Shown here: piece after piece, positions 46,237 to 48,334 of the stretch
Position numbering within the stretch: position 1 is the first letter of the stretch
How the letters are laid out: every line of letters starts with the position of its first letter
Assembly (NCBI GenBank): GCA_028292835.1
Contig: JAQGLP010000109.1
Coordinates: 1-48,334 of the forward strand
Length of the DNA stretch: 48,334 bases
Direction of reading: 5' to 3'
Source of the DNA: Variovorax sp.
GTDB lineage: Bacteria > Pseudomonadota > Gammaproteobacteria > Burkholderiales > Burkholderiaceae_C
Program-made: the position numbers and the translations under genes
Notes under the pieces: model-generated
The model's database searches: none
What the model saw: only the letters and a program-made list of their open reading frames with translations
Told to the model about the DNA's origin: nothing

Positions 46237-47721
46237 GTGGCCGTACAAATCCTAGTGGGCGATTGCCGCACAACCCTGGCGCGGCTGGCGGAGCGCACGT
46301 TTCACACGTGCGTGACCTCGCCGCCCTACTGGGGCCTGCGCGACTACGGCACCGAGCCGCTGGAGTGGCCGGCGATCGCCTACGCGCCGCTGGCCGGGTT
46401 GCCGGCCTGTGTCGATGTCCCAGCCATGACCTGCTCGCTCGGCTTGGAGCCCACGCTGGAGGCCTTCATCGGCCACATGGTGCTGGTGTTCCGCGAGGTG
46501 CGCCGCGTGCTCCGCGACGACGGAACCCTGTGGGTCAACATGGGCGACAGCTACGCGGGATCTCGCCGCGGTGCTGGCTATGTGGGGGAACCGAGCGAAT
46601 CGCTGGCCGGGCCGCAGACCACGCACTCACGCGCCGCCAAGCAGAAGCTGACCGCCAGCCGCCGGCGCGATGCCCAGCCGGTGCCGCGCAGCGACGTCTG
46701 CGTGGCCGGCCTCAAGGCCAAGGATCTTGTCGGCCAGCCGTGGCGCCTGGCGCTTGCCTTGCAGGCCGATGGCTGGTGGCTGCGCTCCGACGTCATCTGG
46801 CACAAGCCCAACCCGATGCCGGAGAGCACGAAGGACCGGCCGACGAAGGCTCACGAATACGTCTTCCTGCTGGCCAAGAGCGAGCGGTACTTCTACGACG
46901 CCAACGCCATCAAGGAGCCGGCCAGCGAGGACACGCATGCGAGGTATGCGCGCGGACGCTCGGACACCCACAAGCATGACGAGCGCGCCCAGCTGGTCCC
47001 TGGCCAACGGCAACAGACGATCTCCAAGAGCTTCGAGCACATGCGCAAGCCGGTGGCGGGCTGGGCAACACGGGGCGGCAGCCACAGCACCATTGAACAC
47101 GCACAGGCCGACGCAACTCGCCCGGCGAAGCTCCTGCACAACCCGAAGGCAGCGCCAGCGGACAGCGGCATCAAGGCCAACGAGAGTTTCCAGGCCGCTA
47201 CCGCGCACGTGCTGGAGGACCGCAACAAGCGCAGCGTCTGGACGGTGGCAACGGAGGGCTACAAGGATGCGCACTTCGCGACCTTTCCCACGAAGCTGAT
47301 AGAGCCCTGCATCCTGGCCGGCACCAGCGCAAAGGGGTGCTGCCCGGCCTGCGGAGCGCCATGGAGTCGGCTCACGGCCGTCAGCTATAGCAACCCAGGC
47401 AACCGGACCACCAACGGCGCCAGGTCAACCGAGAACCGCGAGATAACCGCGGGCTTCAAGCAGCGGCTGGAAAAGAGCGTCGAAACGCTCGGCTGGGAGC
47501 AGGGCTGCCTGTGCGAGGCTGCACCGCCAGTGCCTTGCCGCGTGCTGGACTGCTTCGGTGGATCCGGCACCACCGGGCTTGTTTCCGACCGGCTGGGCTG
47601 CGACGCGGTGCTCTGCGAATTGAGCCCTTCGTATGCCGCCATGGGCGATCGCCGCATCGCTGGTGACCGCGGGCACGTGGCGCGCCAGCGCGGCATGGAT
47701 CTGGACGAGGCCCATGGCTGA
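46237..47721 (+). CDS. DNA N4-C/N6-A methyltransferase (beta class)
   Basis: TSPPYWG near the N-terminus, IWHKPNPMPES, HFATFP, VLDCFGGSGTT near the C-terminus. Confidence 0.92.
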   Translation: MAVQILVGDCRTTLARLAERTFHTCVTSPPYWGLRDYGTEPLEWPAIAYAPLAGLPACVDVPAMTCSLGLEPTLEAFIGHMVLVFREVRRVLRDDGTLWVNMGDSYAGSRRGAGYVGEPSESLAGPQTTHSRAAKQKLTASRRRDAQPVPRSDVCVAGLKAKDLVGQPWRLALALQADGWWLRSDVIWHKPNPMPESTKDRPTKAHEYVFLLAKSERYFYDANAIKEPASEDTHARYARGRSDTHKHDERAQLVPGQRQQTISKSFEHMRKPVAGWATRGGSHSTIEHAQADATRPAKLLHNPKAAPADSGIKANESFQAATAHVLEDRNKRSVWTVATEGYKDAHFATFPTKLIEPCILAGTSAKGCCPACGAPWSRLTAVSYSNPGNRTTNGARSTENREITAGFKQRLEKSVETLGWEQGCLCEAAPPVPCRVLDCFGGSGTTGLVSDRLGCDAVLCELSPSYAAMGDRRIAGDRGHVARQRGMDLDEAHG

Positions 47722-48334
47722 CCAGCAGCAAGACGGCAAGGCCGAAAAGATCAAGAGGCCGGCGTCTCAGTATTACTGGGGCGACTGGTTCAACGACGTC
47801 GCCCTGCAGTCCTGCTCACAGCCAGCACGCGGCCTGTGGCACGAAATGAACTGCCTGATGCACTCTGGCGAGCCCTATGGGCACCTCACGATGCCCAACG
47901 GCAAGCCCATGACGCCCGGGCAGCTGGCCAACCTGTGCAAGATCACGCCGGGACGCTGCAAGGCGCTGCTCGATGAACTGGTGGAGAACGGCGTCCCCTC
48001 CATCGATCCCGAGACTGGCGCGTATTTCTCCCGTCGCATGGTGCGTGACGAGCGTATCCGCAACGCGCGCGCCAACGGGGGAAAAGAGGGCGCGGAACAC
48101 GGCGCGAAGGGTGCTGAACATGGCGCGAAAGGGGGCCGTCCTGCGCAAGACAAGGGGGGTAAAAAAACCCCCCTTACCCAAGCGCCGAAACCCCCCCCTT
48201 CTTCTTCATCTTCTTCTCCATCTTCACCTTCGGTAGATACCTCCCCCCCTTCGGGGACCCCCTCCGCTCCAACCGCAAGCCCGGCGGCTCCGGCTGCGCC
48301 GACGCCGACGCCACCGCCCCCGCCACCGCCACCG
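47714..48334 (+). CDS. phage replication initiator (DUF1376/YdaU-like), truncated by window end
   Basis: Translated by hand: MADQQQDGKAEKIKRPASQYYWGDW...ARGLWHEMNCLMH...FSRRMVRDE; frame stays open to the window end. Confidence 0.75.
   Translation, partial: MADQQQDGKAEKIKRPASQYYWGDWFNDVALQSCSQPARGLWHEMNCLMHSGEPYGHLTMPNGKPMTPGQLANLCKITPGRCKALLDELVENGVPSIDPETGAYFSRRMVRDERIRNARANGGKEGAEHGAKGAEHGAKGGRPAQDKGGKKTPLTQAPKPPPSSSSSSPSSPSVDTSPPSGTPSAPTASPAAPAAPTPTPPPPPPPP

Noticed and set aside
1-48334. CRISPR array, rRNA, IS elements, lysis cassette, capsid and terminase genes
   Set aside because: No repeat-spacer arrays, transposases or recognisable motifs; head, packaging and lysis genes probably lie outside the window

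Overview
The window is about 48 kb of a high-GC temperate, podovirus-like phage genome. It resembles the Bcep22/BcepIL02-type phages of Burkholderiales; this assignment comes from recognised gene content, not from a database search. Bases 53-28842 (+) are the late virion operon: head-tail adaptors, a tail fibre, a 1186-aa receptor-binding protein with a glycoside-hydrolase-like barrel, tail tube/tip proteins, a tail chaperone, a GNAT acyltransferase, ejection proteins, an unusual SAM-methyltransferase/PAPS-reductase fusion, and a 4639-aa DarB-like polyvalent protein (iPPase-like, N6-MTase, SNF2 helicase, metallopeptidase, PRTase, LPD38-like domains). An apparently intact attP follows: the 3' 45 bp of tRNA-Asn, a terminator, and arm-type repeats on both sides. 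Bases 29097-44216 (-) are the early-left operon: integrase, excisionase, a vWA-fusion protein, MazG-like, ASCH-like, DUF5131, J-domain, YqaJ exonuclease, RecT and many small genes. After this come an immunity region (cI/cro-like genes, operators, an extra XRE gene), a DNA methyltransferase and a truncated replication initiator. The most striking signal is three small genes overprinted in the +1 frame inside the giant DarB-like gene, each next to an enzymatic module; two have their own Shine-Dalgarno site and a clear shift of codon bias into the nested frame. All product calls are from motif recognition by eye and need HMM or structure confirmation.
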